Below, in pieces: positions 39,512-49,476 of a stretch of 64,000 nt of DNA (position 1 is the first letter of the stretch; each line of letters starts with the position of its first letter). Position numbers and translations under genes: made by a program. Source of the DNA: Candidatus Auribacterota bacterium (lineage in GTDB: Bacteria > Auribacterota > JAFGBW01). Where the stretch lies: positions 2,615 through 66,614 of the forward strand of contig JAFGBW010000103.1 of NCBI GenBank assembly GCA_016932965.1. Direction: 5' to 3'. Under the pieces are notes generated by a model. It made no database searches, was not told the DNA's origin, and was given only the letters and a program-made list of their open reading frames with translations.

Positions 39512-41991
39512 ACATGAATGAAAACGATAGTGCTTTATCCATGGAAGACACGACCGTTCAGGAGGGAACAGAAGAAGTTTTTTTTTCAAAAAAGAATCAT
39601 CTCAGATTCAATGATTTGAAGCAGGATCTGGAAATGTATGATGTGCTTTCTGAAATCGGAGAGGGGGCCACGGGTATTGTATATGAAGCCGTTCATAAAA
39701 AATTAGGACGGCCCGTAGCCATCAAAATGCTGCGTCCCGAATACTTTAAAGATCATGATATCTTAAAAAATTTTCGCAGGGAGGCTCAAATCATCTCCCG
39801 CATCAAGCACGAGAATATCGCCTCTGTTTATGATTTCATCGAAGCCAATAAACACTATTACATCATCATGGAAAAAGTGTATGGAAAGAGCCTGTCTGAT
39901 ATCATCAAGACGAAACGGATGACGGAGGAGGAAATTCTCCATGTCATGCTGGGGCTTTTGGAAGGGGTGCGCTATTCCCATAATAAAAAGATCCTGCACC
40001 TGGATATCAAGCCATCCAATATCTTAATAAACGAGTATGGTGAACCTGTGATCGTTGACTTCGGAATTTCCCGGTTTCAATTCTCTAACACTGAAAAGAA
40101 CAGGATCGTGGGTACGCCGCACTACATGGCTCCTGAACAGTATTCCCGGTCCCAGTCCTGTCTGGATGTGCGTACTGACATTTATGCCCTCGGCATTTTA
40201 TTTTATCAGCTTGTAAGCGGTCAGCTGCCTTTTAACGGGAATTCTTTCTCCGAGATCAGGGAAAAAGTGATGAATCATGATCCCTTGAGGTTATCTTCCA
40301 TCTGCCCTGATATTTCCCCCGGCCTGGAAGCCATTATTTTAAAAATGATCCGTCAGTCTCCTTCTGAGAGATATCCCGATGCCCAATTGGTCATTGATGA
40401 CATCAAAAGATATTTGAATAATGAACCGGTCAAGGCTTATCAATATAAGCGGCTTTCTCTTGTGTGGAATTGGATGATCAGAAATATGGCTGTGACCGTA
40501 TTATCTCTTTTGACTCTGGCCGTGACGTTTGCCTTTATCGTATATTTTCACAATAAGGTCATCGAACAAACCCCCCAATGGAAACAGGCCTTTTCCGAAG
40601 ATTTTAACCAGGATTTTTTGGGTAAGTGGGAAGGGTATTCCGGATTCGTCAACGGGTGTCTTACTCCTGTCAAAGCTGAAGATTTTATGAAGATTTTCAG
40701 CCGGAAAATCAAGGTATGCGGTTTTAAAAAAGAATACGATTCTTTACTGCTTTCTAACCAGTCGTTTAATGAAAACGTTAAATTGCTTTTTGAATGCACG
40801 GTCAATCCCAATCCTTTGAAAGGTTCGCATTTCGGTTTTTTTGTCAATGGATCTCCTTCAGAGAATGAGTGGGGATATTTGATTGATTGCCAGGATAGTA
40901 AAATGTCCCTCATCCGGGACAATATTAACAGCACTCCGTTATGGACCGGTGACTATGTGTTTAAATCGGATCAGATTTATCAGATTGCTCTTGAAGTCAT
41001 CAATGGACATATTCATCTCTTCATCAATAACAAACTCATTTTTGATTTTCAGGATATCGTGACCTGGTTTTCGAAAAACGATAACCGGATTGGTTTTTAC
41101 GCAACCAATGTGGATATGGAGGTGGATAATGTGGTTCTTTTCCAGCAGAATACAGCCCTCCTGATCACTCCTTTGGATATCGGACACCGTTTTTTCCAGT
41201 TGGGACGATTCGACGAAGCCATTCATGAATACGCGAGTGTCATTGAAAAATATCCCGCACATAAAATGACTTTAGATGCTTATTATTTCAAGGGTCTGGC
41301 TCTCATTAAAAACAATCATCCTGTGAAAGCACTGCGTGATTTCGATCGGCTCATTTCGCTCACCAAGGAAGACAGCGTCAAAGGGAAATGTTACTATCAA
41401 AAGGGAGTTTGTCTTTTAGAATTGAACGAATTGCCTAATGCCTGCAAGTCCTTTGACTATGCTCTCAGCGTTTATGATATTGCCTCCCTGCGGTCCAATG
41501 TAATCAATGTTGTTGTTGATACGGCCTTGAAAAAAGTAGCTGAAGCGACGATGGGGAGTGTTTCTGACGCTGAATATCTGTTTCAATATCTGATTAAGCT
41601 GAATTCCCCCTGGAAACTGTCTTATGTGGAGGTCCCTAAAAAGATCATCTTATATTATTTTGACCGCGGATATTATGAGAAATGCCTGCAAAGCCTGGAT
41701 CTCCTCATAAGGCATTATACTCCCAAAAAAGATTTACTGGCTTTTGCCACGTGGAAAAAAGCAAGGGCCTATTCAGAGATGGCCAGACTGCAGAAAGAGG
41801 AAGCGGCTACTCGTTCTTATAATGAAAAGGCGATTGATTGCTATAATACTATTTTGACTCGATATCCTGAAATTGAGATATATTGTTCTTTTGCGCATGA
41901 AGAACTCGCTAAGATTTACCGTTCCATGGGAGAGTTTGTTTTGGCCAATACCCATGAGAAGCAGGTGAAAAGAGAATGGATGGAGAATTAA
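39502..41991 (+). CDS. Hanks-type Ser/Thr protein kinase with TM segment, LamG-like domain and TPR repeats
   Basis: 829 aa; kinase motifs AIKML, HLDIKPSNILI, DFGIS, GTPHYMAPE; one TM (MAVTVLSLLTLAVTFAFIVYF); LamG-like YQIALEVINGHIHLFINNKLIFDF; C-terminal TPR-like repeats. Confidence 0.8.
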   Translation: MQMNMNENDSALSMEDTTVQEGTEEVFFSKKNHLRFNDLKQDLEMYDVLSEIGEGATGIVYEAVHKKLGRPVAIKMLRPEYFKDHDILKNFRREAQIISRIKHENIASVYDFIEANKHYYIIMEKVYGKSLSDIIKTKRMTEEEILHVMLGLLEGVRYSHNKKILHLDIKPSNILINEYGEPVIVDFGISRFQFSNTEKNRIVGTPHYMAPEQYSRSQSCLDVRTDIYALGILFYQLVSGQLPFNGNSFSEIREKVMNHDPLRLSSICPDISPGLEAIILKMIRQSPSERYPDAQLVIDDIKRYLNNEPVKAYQYKRLSLVWNWMIRNMAVTVLSLLTLAVTFAFIVYFHNKVIEQTPQWKQAFSEDFNQDFLGKWEGYSGFVNGCLTPVKAEDFMKIFSRKIKVCGFKKEYDSLLLSNQSFNENVKLLFECTVNPNPLKGSHFGFFVNGSPSENEWGYLIDCQDSKMSLIRDNINSTPLWTGDYVFKSDQIYQIALEVINGHIHLFINNKLIFDFQDIVTWFSKNDNRIGFYATNVDMEVDNVVLFQQNTALLITPLDIGHRFFQLGRFDEAIHEYASVIEKYPAHKMTLDAYYFKGLALIKNNHPVKALRDFDRLISLTKEDSVKGKCYYQKGVCLLELNELPNACKSFDYALSVYDIASLRSNVINVVVDTALKKVAEATMGSVSDAEYLFQYLIKLNSPWKLSYVEVPKKIILYYFDRGYYEKCLQSLDLLIRHYTPKKDLLAFATWKKARAYSEMARLQKEEAATRSYNEKAIDCYNTILTRYPEIEIYCSFAHEELAKIYRSMGEFVLANTHEKQVKREWMEN

Positions 41992-42135
41992 GGGCGGATC
42001 ATTCATCAAATCGAGAATGGTGCCCCGAAATCCTATTTGTATAAAAAAAGGAACCAATCCCTTTTGAGGGGGATATAAAATCCAAGCCTCGCTATATGTG
42101 TGGCACCGGGCTAAACTTCAGATGGTTAGACACAT

Positions 42136-42903
42136 ATGTCGTATTTTTCCGTGATGCTTTTAGGTTTATTGCAGGGTCTGTTTGAATTCCTTCCTGTGAG
42201 CAGTTCTGGTCATCTGGTCATGGCTAGATCGCTTTTGGGGATCAGGGATAACGGAATGGCCATTGATATTGCCCTGCATGCAGGAACTCTGTTTTCCATT
42301 CTTTATTATTATAGAAAAGACCTGATAAAAATATGGAAGACCAAAACAGAACCACAGACAGCCAATTTTTTGGTTTTGATAGTCTTGGGGATATTGCCGG
42401 CTGCTGTAACCGGTTTATTTTTAGCGGATTTGTTCGATTCCTGGTTCATGGATCCGAGGAGAGTCCTCGTCACATTTCCTGTCACAGGATTGATCCTTTT
42501 TTCAACCCGATATGTCCATCCTGAGTCGCTGTTACCGATCAATCTTAAGAGGGCTTTTCTGATAGGGTTATGCCAGATAGGAGCGCTGTTCCCGGGTATC
42601 TCAAGATCAGGAGTCACGATTTCAGCCGGCATTCATCTGAAAATTTCAAGGAAGGAGGCGGCGGATTTTTCTTTTCTGATGTTCATCCCTCTTCTTATCG
42701 GAGCTTTGGTTCTTCATGTAAGGGATTTTACCGCCCTTTCTTTCAATGATTTGACTATCCTCATGACAGGCGTGCTGACGGCATTTTTATCAGGATTGGC
42801 GGCGATCCATCTGGTTCATATTTTGTTGATTAAGGAAAAGTTTCATTTTTTCGCCTGGTATTTATGGCTGGTGACGCTGGCTGGATGGTTTGTTTTCCGT
42901 TGA
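42136..42903 (+). CDS. uppP: undecaprenyl-diphosphate phosphatase
   Basis: 255 aa; N-terminus LLGLLQGLFEFLPVSSSGHLV and PGISRSGVTISAG motif typical of BacA/UppP. Confidence 0.85.
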   Translation: MSYFSVMLLGLLQGLFEFLPVSSSGHLVMARSLLGIRDNGMAIDIALHAGTLFSILYYYRKDLIKIWKTKTEPQTANFLVLIVLGILPAAVTGLFLADLFDSWFMDPRRVLVTFPVTGLILFSTRYVHPESLLPINLKRAFLIGLCQIGALFPGISRSGVTISAGIHLKISRKEAADFSFLMFIPLLIGALVLHVRDFTALSFNDLTILMTGVLTAFLSGLAAIHLVHILLIKEKFHFFAWYLWLVTLAGWFVFR

Positions 42904-43039
42904 TCCGTGAAACCTTCCTGATCTGGAGAAACTGCTCCATAAACGTGCGGATGATCAGCCAGTCACTTGCGTGATGCAGAGGATGAGAGTGATATTTTTT
43001 CTTTTTTGAAATGATATTTCGTGCCATATTCAGATCCAT

Positions 43040-43936
43040 ATGGAAATAAAAATGCAAAAGTTTAAAACGCTGCTTTTTCAAAAAAAAGAGCTGGTGGAGA
43101 AGGAACTGAAAAAGATGATGATCTCCTTTTCTTCCTCCCCCCCTGTGTTAAGGGAGGCTGTTGCCTATTCCCTTTTGGCTTCTGCAAAACGGATTCGTCC
43201 TGTGTTATGCCTTATGACGGCGGAATTATTCGGTCCTGTTTCCCCTGCTGTTCTCCGGTGTTCAACAGCACTGGAATTGCTTCATACCTACACCCTCATC
43301 CATGATGATCTTCCCTGCATGGATGACGATGATTTAAGACGGGGAAGACCGACGCTTCATCGGGTTTATCCGGAGGGGATCGCTTTGTTAGCCGGGGATG
43401 CCCTTTTAACTCATGCTTTTTTGATTTTGGCTGAAAATGCACCTGATGCTGAAAAGGGTGTCCGCGTGATTGCTGATTTTGCCCAATTGACAGGAGGCGC
43501 AGGAACCATTGGTGGTCAGGTCCTGGATCTCATTTCAGAGGATCAGGATCTTTCCTTGAACCAATTGCAGCAGATTCATTTATGTAAAACAGGAAAATTG
43601 ATCATGGCTTCGGTACGGATTGGCTGTATTCTGGGAGGGGGTGATGAGGATGACCTGAAAGCATTGACTCAATACGGGAAAAACATCGGGCTGGCGTTTC
43701 AGATTGCAGATGACCTTCTGGATGAAACCGGAGACATCGTTCAGATGGGTAAGAGGACCCGTAAGGACGCCGGCAGAAAAAAAGCAACTTATCCCAGGCT
43801 TCTTGGACTGGAAAAATCAAGGGGAATCCTTGAAAAGACCCTTCATTCGGCCGTGGGGAATTTGAAATGTTTTTCAGAAGAAAAAGCATTTTCATTACGC
43901 CAGATGGCTTTTTATATCGGCAACCGTGAAAAGTAA
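43040..43936 (+). CDS. polyprenyl diphosphate synthase (FPP/GGPP synthase, trans-IPPS)
   Basis: 298 aa; first aspartate-rich motif LIHDDLPCMDDDDLRRG and second FQIADDLLD. Confidence 0.85.
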   Translation: MEIKMQKFKTLLFQKKELVEKELKKMMISFSSSPPVLREAVAYSLLASAKRIRPVLCLMTAELFGPVSPAVLRCSTALELLHTYTLIHDDLPCMDDDDLRRGRPTLHRVYPEGIALLAGDALLTHAFLILAENAPDAEKGVRVIADFAQLTGGAGTIGGQVLDLISEDQDLSLNQLQQIHLCKTGKLIMASVRIGCILGGGDEDDLKALTQYGKNIGLAFQIADDLLDETGDIVQMGKRTRKDAGRKKATYPRLLGLEKSRGILEKTLHSAVGNLKCFSEEKAFSLRQMAFYIGNREK

Positions 43937-44348
43937 CCCGCTTAAGGATAACCTTTTTTTTTTGATATCAGGAGTGGTTATTTTTTTTCTTGCCAGGTTT
44001 TGGTGGCCGTTTTCCGAATGGATCAACGGCTGGATACCCGGTTTGTTGAAATGCCGGTTTTATGAAATGACCGGTTTTCCCTGTATCACCTGCGGTGGTG
44101 TCCGCTCAGCCTATCATTTTGTCCGCGGATCCTGGCTGGATTCGTTCAATCAAAATGCCGGAGTTTTTTTTACGCTTTTCATGGTGTTCTTTGTCATGAT
44201 CCAGTCCATTTACGGCCTGATCAGAAAAGTACCTGTTAGAACAGGGTTATTTTTAAATAATACCCTTTTATTTTGTCTGGCCTGTGTTTTTTTGATTCAT
44301 TGGATAATTAAAATCGTTCAGTCTATTTTTTTTAGTCTTTCGGGTTAA
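43926..44348 (+). CDS. DUF2752-family small membrane protein
   Basis: 140 aa; CITCGGVRSAYHF matches the DUF2752 CxxCGxTR motif; 3-4 TM helices. Confidence 0.5.
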   Translation: MKSNPLKDNLFFLISGVVIFFLARFWWPFSEWINGWIPGLLKCRFYEMTGFPCITCGGVRSAYHFVRGSWLDSFNQNAGVFFTLFMVFFVMIQSIYGLIRKVPVRTGLFLNNTLLFCLACVFLIHWIIKIVQSIFFSLSG

Positions 44349-44351
44349 TTT

Positions 44352-44362
44352 TCACCACGAAG
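44352..44362 (+). repeat. fragment of repeat IR-arm (TTTTCACCACGAAGG), copy G
   Basis: 18-mer nearly identical to the left-arm variant of copy B (ttttcaccacgaaggGta vs ttttcaccacgaaggAta); lies between the DUF2752 gene stop and the lplA-like start. Confidence 0.35.
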
Positions 44363-44369
44363 GATAGGG

Positions 44370-45071
44370 ATGAGTGTCATGCAGGCAAACAGAATTTATT
44401 TTTACCCTTATGAAACGCAAGAATTGAATTTCAACATGGCTCTGGATGAAGTTCTTCTGGATGAATCCATTGAAAAAGGCACGGCTTTTTTCCGTTGTTA
44501 CGGTTTTTCTTTTCGGTCCTGTTCCATCGGGTATTTTCAGGCTCATTCATTCCTTGATCCTCATGATGAAAGCTGGACGAGAAGACTCACAGGCGGAGGC
44601 AGAGTGGATCATGGCGAGGACATGGTCATTTCCCTGAGTTTTCACCGGCTTTCAGGCAATAGAAGCATTTTAGTTTTATATCGTGACATTCATGCTGCCA
44701 TCAGGGCCGTGCTGATAAAAGCAGGTATTCCGGCTGAAGTGTTTAAAGAGAGATCCCAGCCTTTGGTTTCCAGGAATTATAGGTGTTTCGATGCTCCTGT
44801 TGAACAGGATCTGGGCATAGAGGGAAGAAAAATAGCGGGAGGTGCGCTTTATCGCAGAAAGGATTGGTTTTTATATCAGGGGTCCATTCAGACGGATCAT
44901 GACATGATTTCTGTATTGTCCGGCAATGAAATGAAGAGACAATTTGTAGACAAGATAGGGGGCTTGTCAGACAGGCTTTCAGAAGAAGTTTTGATTCCTG
45001 AAAAACTGAAAGACAGGGCCCGGATTTTAGCAGGAGAAAAATACAAATCCATCCACTGGAAAATAAAATAA
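44370..45071 (+). CDS. lipoate/octanoyl protein ligase family protein (BPL_LplA_LipB catalytic domain only)
   Basis: 233 aa; NMALDEVLL and RRLTGGGRVDHGEDM align to LplA NLAVEE and RRSSGGGAVFHDLGN; the lysine-containing region KIAGGALYRR follows. Confidence 0.55.
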   Translation: MSVMQANRIYFYPYETQELNFNMALDEVLLDESIEKGTAFFRCYGFSFRSCSIGYFQAHSFLDPHDESWTRRLTGGGRVDHGEDMVISLSFHRLSGNRSILVLYRDIHAAIRAVLIKAGIPAEVFKERSQPLVSRNYRCFDAPVEQDLGIEGRKIAGGALYRRKDWFLYQGSIQTDHDMISVLSGNEMKRQFVDKIGGLSDRLSEEVLIPEKLKDRARILAGEKYKSIHWKIK

Positions 45072-45080
45072 AACGGGATT

Positions 45081-45430
45081 TAATCCATTAAAATACCGGC
45101 ATAGCTTTTGGACTGGTGAAGTATGACAGTGGGAGGAAATTGTTAAAAAAATTGTTCACCACGGACACGGAAAGCACGGAGGATGAGAGTAAATTTTGGG
45201 TTGTGAGTTTTATGTTATGAGTTGAAATGATGAAATCATATTTTCTCTCATGATTTAATACTGAACACTTATCAGTCTTATTCTCCGTGCTTTCCGTGGT
45301 GAAAAAATAAATGATCAAATATGCACAACAATCATGCCACTTTAAGTGGCTTTATATAAGGCTTTGAGCCGAAACCGGTTAAACTTTTCACCTTTGATAG
45401 GGTGATTGTCCAACTTTAGTGAATCTCAGG
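45081..45430 (+). repeat. composite intergenic repeat element, copy C
   Basis: 5' module TAATCCATTAAAATACCGGCATAGCTTTTGGACTGGTGAAGTATGACAG. IR-L CACCACGGACACGGAAAGCACGGAGGA (45167-45193) and IR-R TCTCCGTGCTTTCCGTGGTG (45281-45300). 3' module ATGCCACTTTAAGTGGC...GGCTTTGAGCCG...TTTTCACC. Confidence 0.6.
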
Positions 45431-45503
45431 ATTTGCTGGTTTCTGTTGCGAAGATGCAGATGAATCCTTAATATTCTTTTCAAGGAGTGATAAATACTCA
45501 ATC

Positions 45504-48359
45504 ATGCGCAGATGGATTTATATTGTACTGCTTTTATTCTGTCTGTCCGGAGTCGCTTTTTTTTATCCTTCACTTGAAAAAGCCTGGTTCTATGTCCGGC
45601 TGGAATATCTGGATACTCCTCCGGAATGGTTCAAGGGAAAAGGGGATGGCGCGGTCAGCCTTGCTGAAGACTTTCTGAGTTCTTCCGAGAATGTTCAGAA
45701 CATCAAGGGACTTGAATTATCGGTCCATCTTTCTTCCCCCCGGCTGGCTCCCCTGGTGATTCCTCTCATTAAGTCCGAAGACCGGGCGGTTTCAGAACTG
45801 GCTTTGACATCCTTAGGGAACATGGCATCGGCGGACCTTATCCCTCCTTTGTCCGCGATGGCTAAAACAACGGATATCCGGACCCGTCTGGGTGTATTAC
45901 AGGCTTTGTCCCAAATCAAAACAGGAAAAGACCTCTCCGCGGTTCTGGCTGCATTTATGAATGACCATAGCTGGATTGTCCGCCTGGTTCTGTCTGATGA
46001 AATATTCTTTCATAAGGGAAAGGATACAGTCAGGGTGTTGAGGAGCCTGGTTTCCGATGATTATTTCGAAGTGGCTTTCAATGCGGCTTTAAATCTGGCT
46101 GAGATGGGTGAAGATAAGATTTTTTCCGATATTTTTTCCCATCTCAAAACTGATCAAAGCTGGATCGACCAGTTTAAAGCCATCCGGCTGATCACCCTTT
46201 TTCCGGAAAAACTGGTGAGTTACCTTGTGGCCCGTTATGTCGGAAACACCTATCCTTTTTTGGCCGTGGCAGCTCTTGAATGGATGATGGTCAAAGGGGA
46301 TGAAAGGGATTTTGCCCTGATTGTCAGGGAAACCAATGATAAACCGGAAGGGGTCGTCAAATCGGTTTCCCTGAAAGCATTGGCACGACTGGCCCCCCTC
46401 ACGACTAAAAAGGACCAGGTGATACTGACGCTCATGAAATTTTTACGTGTCAAGAATCAGGAAACCGTTGCAGCCGCATTGGAGGGCCTGAGGATATTGA
46501 AAGCCTCCATTGCCGGAACTGAAATATTGCCTTTCACGGAGAATGATTTTTTGGAATTGAGCGCTGAGGCCATTTTGACTCTGGGCTCTTTTGCAGATCC
46601 GAAATACCTTCCTGTTTTGATCAAGCAGATATTTAGCGAGCATTCGGTTCGCAGAAAGGCCGCCTATCTGGGATTATTGTATTATAACGAATTGCCTTCT
46701 TCCCTGGACCTGAAGCAAATAAAAAACTGCGCCAATTGTGATGAGGTTGAATCGCTTGGACTGTTTTTATTGTTTCATGCCCCTTTAAAAGGAGGCGAGA
46801 TTTTATTGAGCCAATACCGCTCTGCTGAAAATCAGGAAGTGAAAATAACAATTCTGGAACTCTTGTCCGTATTCAATGACAAGGTTACCAATCTGGATCT
46901 GTTGAAATTGCTTTCCGCTCCTGAGATAACGAGCTGGGAAAAAGCCAAAAATATCATGGACCGTTCCCTCTTTAAACTGGATACTTCCGCTGTCATCGAG
47001 GGATTTTCCTTCTACCGAGGCCGTCAGGTTAAAGACGTTCAGTATTCGGTCTTTTCCTTTCAATCCGCTTCCGAATCCATCTGGAATCAGAAGGATGTTC
47101 TCTATTTGAAAGGAGCTCAGGGGTCACAAGGGAAGGTGGAAGGTGTTCTATTGCATGAAGATGCGGGCTCTTACTACGTTTCAACTACGATTGAAGAAGT
47201 GATCCAACTGGAAAAAAATCTTGTTTCGTCAACGCGTTTTTCCCTTTTATACGAATTATGGAAACTGAAGAAGAAACTGATTTTTTATCAGGAATGGTTT
47301 GACGAGGCTTTGGAAAGAAAATTTTTTGATGCAGCGGGCTATCTTCTGCAGAAGGCGCTGGTCCGGATTGAAATATTGAACGCGGAAACTGCTCATCATC
47401 CTGTGACACGGGAGGCTTTGACTGAGATGCAGGAAGTCTGGAAAACCAATGCCCTCCGGTTCGAACAGCTTTTAAAGGAAACCAATCAGGTCAGGTTTGC
47501 CGGCCGATATCTCACGCAAAATGAGGCGGTTGCCAGGGAACTAGAGGAGAAATTCAAAGGAGAGGCTGAAAAGAGGAAAAAACAGGCGGAAGAAATTTTC
47601 AGCCGGGGCCAGACACTCATGGAGTCGCAGGAATGGGAAAAAGCCATATCGAAATATAAACAAACGCTGGAGATATGGCCTTTTCATTCTGAAGCCATGA
47701 AACAGATCGGAATCGCTTACGCCACTCTTGGGGAATATGACAAGGCGCTTTCATTTTATATGGAAATGAAAAAGAAATTTCCCAGTGATGTGAACGTCAT
47801 GAACAGCATGTCACTTGTGTATCGTCTCAAGGAAGACAATGAAAACGCGTTGAAGTGTCTGACGCAGGAAATCGAGATTGACCCGTCTCTTTACCGGGGA
47901 TATGAAGATGCATCAGATGTCCTGGTTAAAATGGACCGTCTTGACGATGCGGAAGAGCTTCTGGAAGCTGGGGTGAAAACCGTGAAGGATTCCCATTCCC
48001 TGTATTTCAAACTGGCTAAACTGGTTTTTAAGCAAAAGGAAATCGATAAGGCCTTGGAGTATCTTCAGATATGCCTGAAATTCAAACCGGATTGGGTCGA
48101 AGCACTGACTTATCAGGGATATGTCTATTTTGCTGCCGGAAAAAATGAGGCGGCTGTTTCCATACTTAAAAAAGCCATAGCGTATGATCTGGCCAATATC
48201 CCGGCACGTCTCACTCTCGCAGATGTTTATCAGAGCCTGGGTAAGACAAGGGAAGCTACGATGGAGTTAACCAAAGTGCTGGCAATAGATCCCAATAATG
48301 AAGAGGCAAAAAGTATTCTCGATTCGATCTCGAACGAAGACAAGAGGAAAGGAAGATAG
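45504..48359 (+). CDS. membrane-anchored HEAT-repeat + TPR-repeat protein
   Basis: 951 aa; N-terminal TM/signal; PBS-lyase HEAT-like repeats in the first roughly 450 aa; canonical TPR repeats at the C-terminus (AMKQIGIAYATLGEYDKALSFY...). Confidence 0.5.
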   Translation: MRRWIYIVLLLFCLSGVAFFYPSLEKAWFYVRLEYLDTPPEWFKGKGDGAVSLAEDFLSSSENVQNIKGLELSVHLSSPRLAPLVIPLIKSEDRAVSELALTSLGNMASADLIPPLSAMAKTTDIRTRLGVLQALSQIKTGKDLSAVLAAFMNDHSWIVRLVLSDEIFFHKGKDTVRVLRSLVSDDYFEVAFNAALNLAEMGEDKIFSDIFSHLKTDQSWIDQFKAIRLITLFPEKLVSYLVARYVGNTYPFLAVAALEWMMVKGDERDFALIVRETNDKPEGVVKSVSLKALARLAPLTTKKDQVILTLMKFLRVKNQETVAAALEGLRILKASIAGTEILPFTENDFLELSAEAILTLGSFADPKYLPVLIKQIFSEHSVRRKAAYLGLLYYNELPSSLDLKQIKNCANCDEVESLGLFLLFHAPLKGGEILLSQYRSAENQEVKITILELLSVFNDKVTNLDLLKLLSAPEITSWEKAKNIMDRSLFKLDTSAVIEGFSFYRGRQVKDVQYSVFSFQSASESIWNQKDVLYLKGAQGSQGKVEGVLLHEDAGSYYVSTTIEEVIQLEKNLVSSTRFSLLYELWKLKKKLIFYQEWFDEALERKFFDAAGYLLQKALVRIEILNAETAHHPVTREALTEMQEVWKTNALRFEQLLKETNQVRFAGRYLTQNEAVARELEEKFKGEAEKRKKQAEEIFSRGQTLMESQEWEKAISKYKQTLEIWPFHSEAMKQIGIAYATLGEYDKALSFYMEMKKKFPSDVNVMNSMSLVYRLKEDNENALKCLTQEIEIDPSLYRGYEDASDVLVKMDRLDDAEELLEAGVKTVKDSHSLYFKLAKLVFKQKEIDKALEYLQICLKFKPDWVEALTYQGYVYFAAGKNEAAVSILKKAIAYDLANIPARLTLADVYQSLGKTREATMELTKVLAIDPNNEEAKSILDSISNEDKRKGR

Positions 48360-48368
48360 GGGGATAAC

Positions 48369-48405
48369 AATTGAGAATTAAGAATTTAGAATTATGAATT
48401 GAGAG
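48369..48405 (+). repeat. heptanucleotide tandem repeat (AATTGAG-AATTAAG-AATTTAG-AATTATG-AATTGAG)
   Basis: Five consecutive AATTNNG heptamers between the HEAT/TPR gene stop and the znuA-like start. Confidence 0.6.
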
Positions 48406-49331
48406 CGGGGGAGGTATGTTCTTTCATGAAACTATTTGACGGAGCCGTATTTAATAGCAATGGCATGAAGAGATTTTTTTATTTTTTTTTATTCTATTTG
48501 TTCAGTTTTATTGTGACAGCGGATGAGGCTGTTTGTGTTTTTGTCAGTATTTTGCCGCAGAAATATTTCGTGGAAAAAATCGGTCAAAAAAGGGTCAAAG
48601 TTTCCGTTCTGGTTCAACCGGGTTATGAGCCGCATTCATATGAGCCAAAGCCAAGGCAGATGATGGAACTGGCTGCTGCCAGGATCTATTTTGCTATTGG
48701 TTTTCCTTTCGAGCAGACCTGGCTGTCCAAGTTTCGGTCAGTCAATCCTTCCATGCTCATTGTACAAACAGATGAAGGGATCCGGAAAGTCCCTTCTGTC
48801 CATCACGAACAAGCAGGCGAAAAGGGGGAAAATGAAGTGTTGGATCCCCATATCTGGCTTTCTCCGGTTTTGGTCCGGAAACAGGCCTTAACGATCAAAA
48901 ATGCGCTGATCAGAGCCGATCCTATGCATCAGGATCAATATGAATCCAATTTCAGACAATTTGACAATGAATTGAGCGGTTTACACCAGGAATTCAAAAG
49001 GATTTTCAGCGAGGGTACATTAAAGAACAGGGCTTTTCTGGTCTATCATCCGTCATGGGGATATTTTGCCAGGGATTATCATTTGGATCAGATCCCCATT
49101 GAACAGGAAGGCAAAGAGCCCAAGCCTCAATATCTGGAACAGCTGATCATCCGTTCCAGAACGCTCGGAATCAAGGTTGTTTTGATCCAGCCTGAATATT
49201 CCGTGAAGATGGCGCAGACCATTGCTTCCGCGACCGGGGCGAAAGTGATTACAGCAGATGTCATGAGCGAAAATTGGGGTGAAAATCTGAAAAAAGTGTC
49301 CCGGGAGTTACAAGCTGCTATGCAGGAATAA
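48399..49331 (+). CDS. metal (Zn/Mn) ABC transporter substrate-binding protein, ZnuA/TroA family
   Basis: 310 aa; a likely true start lies near 48463 (MKRFFYFF signal); DPHIWLSP metal-site motif; no cognate ATPase or permease nearby. Confidence 0.7.
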   Translation: MRAGEVCSFMKLFDGAVFNSNGMKRFFYFFLFYLFSFIVTADEAVCVFVSILPQKYFVEKIGQKRVKVSVLVQPGYEPHSYEPKPRQMMELAAARIYFAIGFPFEQTWLSKFRSVNPSMLIVQTDEGIRKVPSVHHEQAGEKGENEVLDPHIWLSPVLVRKQALTIKNALIRADPMHQDQYESNFRQFDNELSGLHQEFKRIFSEGTLKNRAFLVYHPSWGYFARDYHLDQIPIEQEGKEPKPQYLEQLIIRSRTLGIKVVLIQPEYSVKMAQTIASATGAKVITADVMSENWGENLKKVSRELQAAMQE

Positions 49332-49369
49332 GCTCCCGCTGATGAATCCAAGGACTAGGGAATGAGGGA

Positions 49370-49412
49370 TGAACTCGCCGGCTTCATCCCCCTTTGTTTG
49401 CAGCGGCGGAAG
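49370..49412 (+). terminator. possible intrinsic terminator after znuA-like gene
   Basis: GGGATGAACTCGCCGGCTTCATCCCC hairpin (8-bp stem) followed by CTTTGTTTG; the U-tract is weak. Confidence 0.3.
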
Positions 49413-49476
49413 GGCTGAAAAAACAGTCCGGATGCATCTCAATTTTTATTGGTTTGTACACCCCGCCACGGATTTT

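Noticed and set aside
44370-45071. Calling 44370..45071 lipB/lplA with a gene symbol
   Set aside because: Only the catalytic BPL_LplA_LipB-type motifs are recognisable, with no LplA C-terminal domain, so the LipB vs LipM vs LplJ subtype cannot be fixed from sequence; the symbol is left blank.
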